Source: a virus
Taxonomy: Duplodnaviria; Caudoviricetes
Length of the DNA stretch: 56,382 bases
Direction: 5' to 3' (one strand)
Virus record (IMG/VR): IMGVR_UViG_3300049919_000129
Coordinates: 1-56,382 of that record
Below the pieces are notes generated by a model. The model had not been told where the DNA came from, did no database searches, and saw only the letters and a list, made by a program, of their open reading frames with translations. Position numbers and translations under genes: made by a program. How positions within the stretch are numbered: position 1 is the stretch's first letter; each line of letters opens with the position of its first letter. Of the stretch, positions 1 to 7,591 are shown in pieces.

Positions 1-2
1 AT

Positions 3-209
3 ATTGATGTTGGGAATTCGTTTGATCTCCTGACAAATCAACTCCTGCTTGAGGACGGTGGAAGAATTCTTATATCTGATTGTGACACATTGGTCATGGA
101 CATTCAAACAGAAAACGAAGCTTCGCTGCAGTATGACAAATCGGATGAGTTTAAAGCTGAAGCAGACTCCCTCTCATGGAGTGTCACTGATCCATTTTCG
201 GGGAATTAA
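3..209 (+). CDS. 14: Neck protein gp14, C-terminal fragment (truncated by window start)
   Basis: Frame open from nt 3 (IDVGNSF...SWSVTDPFSGN*); C-terminal DPF motif; directly precedes gp15. Confidence 0.65.
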   Translation: MDVGNSFDLLTNQLLLEDGGRILISDCDTLVMDIQTENEASLQYDKSDEFKAEADSLSWSVTDPFSGN

Positions 210-211
210 TA

Positions 212-898
212 ATGTTCGCAAATAGCCCATATTATCATGCAACGATACGCAACGTAGTGGTGGCGGTTGGTCAACTCTTTTCTGGTATAACCCTAGTCAA
301 TAGAGATGGCACCACCAGAGAGCAAGCTCTTCGTGTGCCAATATCATATGGCCCAAAAAACAAGTGGCTAGAAAGATTAAAGACCCAACCAAATCTAGAC
401 AGTCAAGTCGTTGAGACCACATTGCCTAGGCTGTCTTTTGAATTCACAGATTACAAATATGATGCAATCCGGAAGATCGGAACTCAGGGCAATAGTGTGG
501 CTGGAACAATGGGGGCGAGTGGAATTAAACTCTTTAATCCGGTTCCGTATGATATTACCGTACAGTTGTATTCAATCACGAAGGATCAGGATGATTCTTT
601 GAAAATATTGGAGCAGATTCTCCCGTATTTCGCACCAAGTTTGAATATAAACATTCTAGTCCTACCTCAGCTAGGAATCAGAAAAGATATCCCTCTAGTT
701 CTCGATGCGGTTTCCGTTGTAGATACATACGAAGGTGATAGGGACACGTACAGAACTGTCGTCCAGAACTTTACCTTCACCGCCAAGGTTGATTTGTTTG
801 GGCCTGTAAAGAAGATGAGTTCCAAGGTCGAACAAGTTGAGATCGGCATTTCTCAATTTGCAGATATTCCCCCACTAGAATCTCTACGATTTGTTTGA
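212..898 (+). CDS. 15: Tail sheath stabilizer/completion protein gp15
   Basis: YYHATIR, VPISYGPK, TLPRLSFE, PVPYD, QILPYF motifs; synteny. Confidence 0.92.
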   Translation: MFANSPYYHATIRNVVVAVGQLFSGITLVNRDGTTREQALRVPISYGPKNKWLERLKTQPNLDSQVVETTLPRLSFEFTDYKYDAIRKIGTQGNSVAGTMGASGIKLFNPVPYDITVQLYSITKDQDDSLKILEQILPYFAPSLNINILVLPQLGIRKDIPLVLDAVSVVDTYEGDRDTYRTVVQNFTFTAKVDLFGPVKKMSSKVEQVEIGISQFADIPPLESLRFV

Positions 899-916
899 AG
901 AAATCCATAGGAGTTT

Positions 917-1390
917 GTGATGAGCGCAGCACTTAATAATTTATTTGGAATGAAGCCAGAAGGGGATACTTACGAAGTTTCTCCTTCTTATCACACAGAT
1001 ACTCCTATGGAATCGGTGCTGAAAGAAGTGTCGCCAGAGGATGATGTTAATACCGAGGAAGAAGACTTCAAATACACTCGGAAAAACCAATACGACTTAA
1101 TTGAGGTCGGTAAGGCTGCTGTTCAGACCGCACTTAAAATCGCAAGTGAGTCAGAGCAGCCGAGGGCAATTGAGACGTTGGCTTTGATGTTGAAAACCGC
1201 TAGCGAAATGAACAGACAATTAACCATGATGTCGAAAGATAAATCTGAAGCCAAGAAAGCTAAGAATGAGGTTAATGTTGGTCAGGCTGTTCCACAGATT
1301 GGAAATCAGACGAATAATATGGTTGTTATGAGCGGCAGTTTAGAAGAAGTTCTAGCAAAAATAAAGAAAGATAGAAATGAACCTATCTGA
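917..1390 (+). CDS. 16: Terminase small subunit gp16
   Basis: DFKYTR..YDLIE.G..A, ESEQPRAIE, TNN..GS motifs; upstream of gp17. Confidence 0.85.
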   Translation: MMSAALNNLFGMKPEGDTYEVSPSYHTDTPMESVLKEVSPEDDVNTEEEDFKYTRKNQYDLIEVGKAAVQTALKIASESEQPRAIETLALMLKTASEMNRQLTMMSKDKSEAKKAKNEVNVGQAVPQIGNQTNNMVVMSGSLEEVLAKIKKDRNEPI

Positions 1391-1781
1391 AATCGCTGAA
1401 TTCATAGAAAAGCTCAGCTTCAAAAACAACCAAAATCTTCGACCGGTTGGAGTGTCTTTTCCGTATACCGAAGCGGACATCCTAGAAGTCGCAAAGTGTG
1501 AGGCAGACCCGATATATTTCATCGAAAATTACATAAAAGTTATTCACCCAGATAGAGGGCTTGTTCCCATGCTTCTGCATGGATATCAAAAGAGAATGGT
1601 GACTGCATATCACACGAACAAGCAGGTCGTTACTATGGCATCACGACAACTCGGAAAATGTTGCTGCATAAATACTAAAGTTAAGGTTAGATCAAAAATA
1701 ACCAATACAACATACGAATTAACTTTAGGAGAATTTTATGAGTGGAACAGGTTTAAAGAAATGCTCAGGATGCCAATCTGA
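1377..1781 (+). CDS. 17: Terminase large subunit N-terminal fragment (94 aa) fused to split-intein N part
   Basis: CEADPIYFIENY, YQKRM, ends RQLGK (first half of Walker A) followed by CCCINTKV (intein block A). Confidence 0.92.
   Translation: MNLSEIAEFIEKLSFKNNQNLRPVGVSFPYTEADILEVAKCEADPIYFIENYIKVIHPDRGLVPMLLHGYQKRMVTAYHTNKQVVTMASRQLGKCCCINTKVKVRSKITNTTYELTLGEFYEWNRFKEMLRMPI
1659..1778 (+). mobile_element. Split intein N fragment (40 aa)
   Basis: Begins with Cys directly after RQLGK; CCCINTKVKV...TLGEFYE resembles intein N-terminal strands. Confidence 0.85.
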
Positions 1782-2820
1782 ATTTCATCCAGCGCATCCA
1801 AACCGCAAATTGTGCAACACATGTAGCGGTAAAAAGGTGTGCCAGATATGTCGTGGATATTTTGATAGGGTATATCATGTAAAGCAAGGAAAACATCACG
1901 TGAAATGTCATGCTTGCATGGTAAAGGGATCAAAAGAATTATTCGACGGCGCTCACATAGAGTCATACGTAGAATGTAACCTGTGCGGATACAAATCACA
2001 AGAGATAGGACTTCATCTAAAAAACGTACACGGGATATCCGCCGAAATATACGGAAAGCCGACAAAATCAAAGGATATGTGTGATAGGGTTCGCGGGGAT
2101 AAAAATCCAGCATATAACCATGGTGGCAGACTCTCTCCTTGGTCACTAAAATCCGAATATCACACCAAGGAACAAGTGGAAGAGTGCCGAAAGGTATCGT
2201 TGGAAAAGGCTAGGGCTAATGAAAACTGGAGTGCGCACACTACCACGCTGGATTTCTATTTAAATAAGGGAATGTCTGAAGATGACGCAAAGGCAGCACA
2301 ATCGGAACGCCAGACGACCTTTAGTCTAGAAAAGTGTCAGGAAAAGCATGGGATGTTGGAGGGATTTGCCGTGTGGCAGGATAGGCAGGATTCATGGCAA
2401 GACACCCTAAAGGCAAAACCAGAAGAAGAAATGCGAGAAATAAATAAAAGGAAAGTCTGGCGAAATGGGAAAACTTCAAAGACGGAATTGGAATTGCTCT
2501 TAGAGATTCAAAAACAGCTGGAAGTGAATTCTCAATTCATGATAGCAAATGAACGATCCTACTACTTCTTTGATATTGCCCTTGGAAATAAACTCATCGA
2601 ATTCAATGGGGATTATTGGCATGCCAACCCTAATAAATACAAAGATGAAAATAAGATAATCTATCGAGATAGAACCGCTAAGGTCATTTGGGATAGGGAT
2701 GAAAAGAAGATAAACACAGCAAATGAAAACGGATATGAAGTTCTCACCATATGGGAATCCGATTTCAAAAAGAATAAGGATGAAGTTATCGCACGATGTA
2801 TAACCTTTCTGACGAAGTAA
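1738..2820 (+). CDS. Free-standing homing endonuclease (Zn fingers plus Vsr/DUF559-like, EDxHD-type nuclease domain)
   Basis: Several CxxC pairs, C2H2-like CNLC...HLKNVH, C-terminal FDIAL..KLIEFNGDYWH...IWESD; overlaps both terminase halves. Confidence 0.85.
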   Translation: MSGTGLKKCSGCQSEFHPAHPNRKLCNTCSGKKVCQICRGYFDRVYHVKQGKHHVKCHACMVKGSKELFDGAHIESYVECNLCGYKSQEIGLHLKNVHGISAEIYGKPTKSKDMCDRVRGDKNPAYNHGGRLSPWSLKSEYHTKEQVEECRKVSLEKARANENWSAHTTTLDFYLNKGMSEDDAKAAQSERQTTFSLEKCQEKHGMLEGFAVWQDRQDSWQDTLKAKPEEEMREINKRKVWRNGKTSKTELELLLEIQKQLEVNSQFMIANERSYYFFDIALGNKLIEFNGDYWHANPNKYKDENKIIYRDRTAKVIWDRDEKKINTANENGYEVLTIWESDFKKNKDEVIARCITFLTK

Positions 2821-3161
2821 CCAGAAAATTTGTTGATACAATTTCCGCCTCGGATTGGGAAATCGAGACGGAATCCGGCTGGGTCGACATTTTTCATATT
2901 AACAAAACCATACAATATGAAAAATGGATTTTGGAAACGGAATCTGGATTGCGGATAGAATGTGCAGATAACCACATTTTGTTCCTAGTGTCTGGGCAGG
3001 AAGTGTTCGTAAAAGACCTAGCTAAAGGGGACGTGGTACGAGGGCAGTTTGGAGGAGAAGTAGTATCCTGCGTAACCAAAACTTCCGAAAAGGAACACAT
3101 GTATGATCTTTCGGTTTCTGGAAATCATACATACTATGCAGAAGGATTACTGCACCACAAT
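2796..3161 (+). mobile_element. Split intein C fragment (122 aa)
   Basis: Block B His (ADNH), block F (MYDLSV..NHTYYAEG), terminal HN followed by Thr +1. Confidence 0.88.
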
Positions 3162-4523
3162 ACTACGGTTGCCGCCGCATATATCTGCTGGTATCTAATA
3201 TTCAATAAAGAAAAAACCGTAGCAATCCTAGCAAACAAGCAGGCAACTGCATATGAAATCATGGATAGGCTTCGTCTAATGTATGAATCTTTACCAAAAT
3301 TCATCCAGAGAGGGGTAATCACGTGGAATAGGGGTTCATTCTCCCTAGATAATTTGAGTAGGGTTTTTGCCTCAGCCACATCAAAAACTGCGATCCGGGG
3401 AAGAAGTCCGCAATTCGTTTATTGCGATGAGTACGCATTTATTGAAACTAGTCAGGCAGAAGAATTTTTCACTGCCGTATATCCGGCGCTTTCCGCAGGG
3501 AAAGAATCGAAGATGGTAATATCTTCAACTCCGAATGGCTTCAACTTTTTTGAAAAGCTCTGGAAAGAAGCGGAGAAGGGGATAAATGGGTTCGTCCCAA
3601 TTTTATGCATGTGGAATGAACACCCTGACCGAGATCAGAAATGGCTAGACGAACAAGTTGCAGCGTTAGGGGAGTTGAAATCTAACCAAGAGATATTCTG
3701 CACCTTTCTTGGAAGCTCGAAGCAGCTTCTTTCTGCCGCTGCCTTATCCCGCCTGTCATATGACACCCCAATTAAAGAATACCTAGATCAATATCGTGGA
3801 TTAAAGATTTACACCGCCCCAATTAAAGGGCACTCATACGTCACGACAGTCGATGTCTCTCGTGGTAGGCACTTAGATGCATCTGCGTTCTGGGTAGTTG
3901 ATGTTACCCAACAACCATATACCATCGCAGCTACATATAACAACAACGAAATATCTCCAATGATGTATGCAACCTTGCTACATCGAGTTTGCACTAATTA
4001 CAACGATTCTTATACCCTCATTGAGATAAACGATGTAGGCGCTCAGGTTGCGGATATTATGTATTCGGAATTGGAATACGACTCGATGTTCTGGACAAAA
4101 TCTGGAGATCAAGTTGGTAGGAAGGGGGCCGATCCTTACCCCGGAATCAGGACTACGAAGAAGACTAAAAGAATAGGATGTGCAAATCTGAAGGATTTGG
4201 TTGAGAAGAATAATTTAATTATTAATGACTTTCAGACGATTCAGCAGTTAAGCACCTTCGTACAATCCAAGACAGGATCATATGAAGCAGATGAGGGATT
4301 TAATGATGATATGGTCGCATGTGGATTTCTTTTTGCTTGGTTAGCATCACAACCATGGTTTAAAGATTTAACAGATCAGGATATGCGCATGCAAATGTAT
4401 TCGCAGGCGGAAAAGGATATCGAAGACGATCTACCAAAAGGATTTGGTTTTGCTGATGGAACTGAAGAATATGCTTCAGGGAATTTATCTTATGACAAGG
4501 AAGCCATGGCGGTTTTGCTTTGA
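2796..4523 (+). CDS. 17: Split-intein C part fused to terminase large subunit C-terminal fragment
   Basis: Intein blocks ECADNH, MYDLSV, GLLHHN, then TTVAAAY; Walker B YCDEYAF, ISSTPNG, nuclease DVSRG and NDDMV motifs. Confidence 0.93.
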   Translation: MYNLSDEVTRKFVDTISASDWEIETESGWVDIFHINKTIQYEKWILETESGLRIECADNHILFLVSGQEVFVKDLAKGDVVRGQFGGEVVSCVTKTSEKEHMYDLSVSGNHTYYAEGLLHHNTTVAAAYICWYLIFNKEKTVAILANKQATAYEIMDRLRLMYESLPKFIQRGVITWNRGSFSLDNLSRVFASATSKTAIRGRSPQFVYCDEYAFIETSQAEEFFTAVYPALSAGKESKMVISSTPNGFNFFEKLWKEAEKGINGFVPILCMWNEHPDRDQKWLDEQVAALGELKSNQEIFCTFLGSSKQLLSAAALSRLSYDTPIKEYLDQYRGLKIYTAPIKGHSYVTTVDVSRGRHLDASAFWVVDVTQQPYTIAATYNNNEISPMMYATLLHRVCTNYNDSYTLIEINDVGAQVADIMYSELEYDSMFWTKSGDQVGRKGADPYPGIRTTKKTKRIGCANLKDLVEKNNLIINDFQTIQQLSTFVQSKTGSYEADEGFNDDMVACGFLFAWLASQPWFKDLTDQDMRMQMYSQAEKDIEDDLPKGFGFADGTEEYASGNLSYDKEAMAVLL

Positions 4524-4537
4524 CCTAATTAGATATT

Positions 4538-4545
4538 GATAAATA
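4538..4545 (+). promoter_or_regulatory. Late (gp55-type) promoter GATAAATA
   Basis: Variant of T4 TATAAATA, upstream of gp18. Confidence 0.75.
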
Positions 4546-4596
4546 CTTGTATTGATTGGAAAAAATCAACGAGATTAATTTAAAGGAGTAATAACA

Positions 4597-6903
4597 ATGG
4601 CCACACAACTATCACCTAGTATTGCAATAGTAGAAAAAGATTTCACCACCATCGTCCCACAAGTCGCGTCTTCTTTCGGCGGTCTGGTCGGTAGATTTGC
4701 TAAAGGTCCAATTTCAGAACCCGTTTTGATTAGTAGTTTCTCCCAATATGTCGAAGTGTTCGGAAAACCAACGGCAGGCAATTACCAAGAATGGTATGCT
4801 GGAGCAGAGTTCCTAAAATATGCAAATAAAATGTGGTGTGTTCGCCCAGAAGCAGCCTCAGCCCTTAATGCCACAACTGGTAACAAAGGTAGTCTGGTAA
4901 CAAACAAAACCACGTTTGATACCCTCAACGCAGACCCAACGGCCAATTTTCCATATGCTGACGTTGGTGAATTCGTTGCTAAGAGTGCCGGGTTAGGCGC
5001 AAATAGTTTGCAAGTTTATATGATTGATGCGGGTACTTGGAAAGAGTTTAAAGCATGGGCAGACGCAAACTCATTCTCATACCCAAATCAAGTGTCTCTT
5101 GCTAAGTATTTTGCACAGCCACCAAGAACGAGTGCATTCGTTGAGGCTCGCTCAGAATCTGGTTCTGGTTCTTCTTTGCGCACTGTCGTTACACTAGGCT
5201 CAATATCTAGTGTGGAAATTCTCGACAGTGGATTTAAATTTAACACCGGAGCCTACATCGAGGTTGCTGGAACTGGTGGTGCTGAACTTGTACCAGTGCT
5301 GGCTGACGGTGTTATACGGAATGTAGAAATTCTATCTGGTGGGGCTGGGTATTCTGATGGGGTGCACACGGTAGCAACTGGTGGTGCAGCAGGCGCAGGT
5401 AGTGGGGCCACAGTAACATATACGGTTAGTTCTGGTGTGATTACTTCTGCGGTTCTTACCTCTGAGACTGTCGGAACCACCATCAGGAAAAAAGGTGGAA
5501 CTGGTTATAGCCTAACCCCATTCACACAAAACGTGTCCGGTGGAGTTGGTGGAGTTCTTAGATTCACCGCATATGACGACGCTATATATTCAATCACAAT
5601 AAATAACGGTGGTTCTGGATATGGGGTTGTTGCGCCATCCGCGATGGTTTTCGATTCAAATAAGAATGACGAAATGCACATTCTTATCGTAGACACAGAT
5701 GGTTCTGTCAGTGGAGTCCGCAATCAGGTATTGGAACGGTTCGAAGGTCTATCGAAGGCTTCTAATGGAAAGCTAACAAATGGAGCCGACAATTACTACA
5801 TAAACGTAATCAACACCAGATCGAGTTATGTTTATGCGGTCAACGCACCAACGCAGCTTAGTGTTGGTGGTAATGAAGTATCTTGGGGTGCCACTGTTGA
5901 AGATGTGTATGCATCTAATAAATCTTTTAAGACAATGGTATCTGCTTCATTGACCACAGGTAACGTTGTCTCAGGGTTTTACAATCGTAAACTCGCTGGT
6001 GGTGTCAGCGGCACTGCACCAAGTGATTATCAAATCAAGCAGGCATATAACCTTCTAGCTGACGTTGATAATTATGACGTGAACCTGTTCCTAACAGGAG
6101 CATACTCGACTGATGTTATTCGTCATGTTGTGGAAAACGTTGTTTATTCAAGAAAAGATGCGATGGCATTCATTTCTCCACATAAAAATGGCCTCCCGCT
6201 ATCAAAGATGCAAGACCTCTTAGACTTTAAGAATATCGAACTTGCCCTTGCTGATCAGTATGCTATGTATGCAGTCATGGATACAGGATTTAAGTATATT
6301 GGTGATAGTTTCAGTAATACATATCGTTGGGTTCCAATGAACGGCGATACCGCTGGCCTATGCGCAAGAGTGGATGAAGAAGCCGATCCATGGTGGAGTC
6401 CTGCTGGATATAATCGCGGTGGCGTTAAGAACGTTATCAAGCTTGCGTACAATCCAAACTTGTCAGAGCGTGATGTTCTTTATCCAAAGGGAATTAACCC
6501 AATCATCACTATCCCCGGCTCTGGAACCCTTCTGTTCGGAGATCGTACTATGACTAGCAAGCCAAGTGCCTTCGACAGAATCAACGTTCGCAGATTGTTC
6601 AACATTTTGGAAAAGGCCATAAGCATTGCTGCTCGGTACAAGTTGTTCGAATTCAACGACACCTTCACCAGAGCACAGTTCGTTAGTATGGTCGAACCAT
6701 TCCTTCGGAATATTCAGGGTCGTCGTGGTATTACAGATTTCCGTGTTGTCTGCGATGCAACTAATAACGGTGGGGATGTCGTTGATTCAAATCGATTTGT
6801 TGCAGCAATATACGTCAAACCTGCTAGGAGTATTAATTTTATTACTCTGGAATTTATTGCTACATCCACCGGAGTCGATTTTTCTACGGTGATCGGTAGA
6901 TAA
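4597..6903 (+). CDS. 18: Tail sheath protein gp18
   Basis: LSPSI..E.D, PWWSPAGYNRG, FDRINVRRLF, YVKPARSINFI motifs; Gly-rich internal insertion. Confidence 0.96.
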   Translation: MATQLSPSIAIVEKDFTTIVPQVASSFGGLVGRFAKGPISEPVLISSFSQYVEVFGKPTAGNYQEWYAGAEFLKYANKMWCVRPEAASALNATTGNKGSLVTNKTTFDTLNADPTANFPYADVGEFVAKSAGLGANSLQVYMIDAGTWKEFKAWADANSFSYPNQVSLAKYFAQPPRTSAFVEARSESGSGSSLRTVVTLGSISSVEILDSGFKFNTGAYIEVAGTGGAELVPVLADGVIRNVEILSGGAGYSDGVHTVATGGAAGAGSGATVTYTVSSGVITSAVLTSETVGTTIRKKGGTGYSLTPFTQNVSGGVGGVLRFTAYDDAIYSITINNGGSGYGVVAPSAMVFDSNKNDEMHILIVDTDGSVSGVRNQVLERFEGLSKASNGKLTNGADNYYINVINTRSSYVYAVNAPTQLSVGGNEVSWGATVEDVYASNKSFKTMVSASLTTGNVVSGFYNRKLAGGVSGTAPSDYQIKQAYNLLADVDNYDVNLFLTGAYSTDVIRHVVENVVYSRKDAMAFISPHKNGLPLSKMQDLLDFKNIELALADQYAMYAVMDTGFKYIGDSFSNTYRWVPMNGDTAGLCARVDEEADPWWSPAGYNRGGVKNVIKLAYNPNLSERDVLYPKGINPIITIPGSGTLLFGDRTMTSKPSAFDRINVRRLFNILEKAISIAARYKLFEFNDTFTRAQFVSMVEPFLRNIQGRRGITDFRVVCDATNNGGDVVDSNRFVAAIYVKPARSINFITLEFIATSTGVDFSTVIGR

Positions 6904-6911
6904 ACCATATT

Positions 6912-6935
6912 GGGAATCCTAGAAATAGGATTCCC
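6912..6935 (+). other. Stem-loop between gp18 and gp19 (weak terminator or RNA processing/stability hairpin)
   Basis: GGGAATCCTA-GAAA-TAGGATTCCC, 10-bp stem with GNRA loop, no U tract. Confidence 0.6.
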
Positions 6936-6939
6936 TCTG

Positions 6940-6947
6940 AATAAATA
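6940..6947 (+). promoter_or_regulatory. Late promoter AATAAATA
   Basis: ATAAATA core 30 nt upstream of gp19. Confidence 0.6.
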
Positions 6948-6977
6948 ACCAATAGCAATTAAACAAAAGGATAAAAA

Positions 6978-7559
6978 ATGAGCATACAGCAATTTAAGGG
7001 GTCTCTAACAGGGGGCGGAGCCAGACAAAACCAGTTCCGCGTACAATTAGCATTCCCAACAGCCGCTTCAGTAGGTGGATCAGCCGCGTCGAAAGCAGAG
7101 TTCCTTTGTTCTGCTGCTTCCCTCCCCGGTTCTACAATCGGAGTTACCCCAGTACAATTTCGCGGCAGAAACGTCCCATTGGCAGGAGAAAGAACATTTC
7201 AGCCATGGACAATTCAGTGTATCAACGACACTGATTTCGCCCTACGGGATGCGTTTGAAAAATGGATGGAAAAAATCAATGGGGTTAAGGATAACACAGG
7301 CATAACAAACCCAAATCTTTATGGTGCACAACTTGCAGTGCATCAACTAGATCGCAATGGTAGTACCATAAAGACATATACTTTCATCGATGCTTGGCCT
7401 TCTGATATTGGAGAAATCCAACTTGACTTCGGGGCAAACAACCAAGTTGAAGTTTTCCCTGTCACTCTTCAATATTCATACTGGGAAACCAAGACAACTT
7501 CATCTGGTGTATCTGCAAACGTTGGTATCGCTACTCCGTTTGGCTCAGTCAGTCTCTAA
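6978..7559 (+). CDS. 19: Tail tube protein gp19
   Basis: GGARQNQF, LPGS, FRGR..AGERTF.PWT, NDTDF..R.AFEKW motifs. Confidence 0.95.
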   Translation: MSIQQFKGSLTGGGARQNQFRVQLAFPTAASVGGSAASKAEFLCSAASLPGSTIGVTPVQFRGRNVPLAGERTFQPWTIQCINDTDFALRDAFEKWMEKINGVKDNTGITNPNLYGAQLAVHQLDRNGSTIKTYTFIDAWPSDIGEIQLDFGANNQVEVFPVTLQYSYWETKTTSSGVSANVGIATPFGSVSL

Positions 7560-7591
7560 AATAATTTAGCACAATTGAGAGAAACTATATA

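Noticed and set aside
1782-2795. Group I intron interrupting the terminase gene
   Set aside because: The interval is fully coding with no room for a ribozyme core, and intein motifs on both halves explain the split
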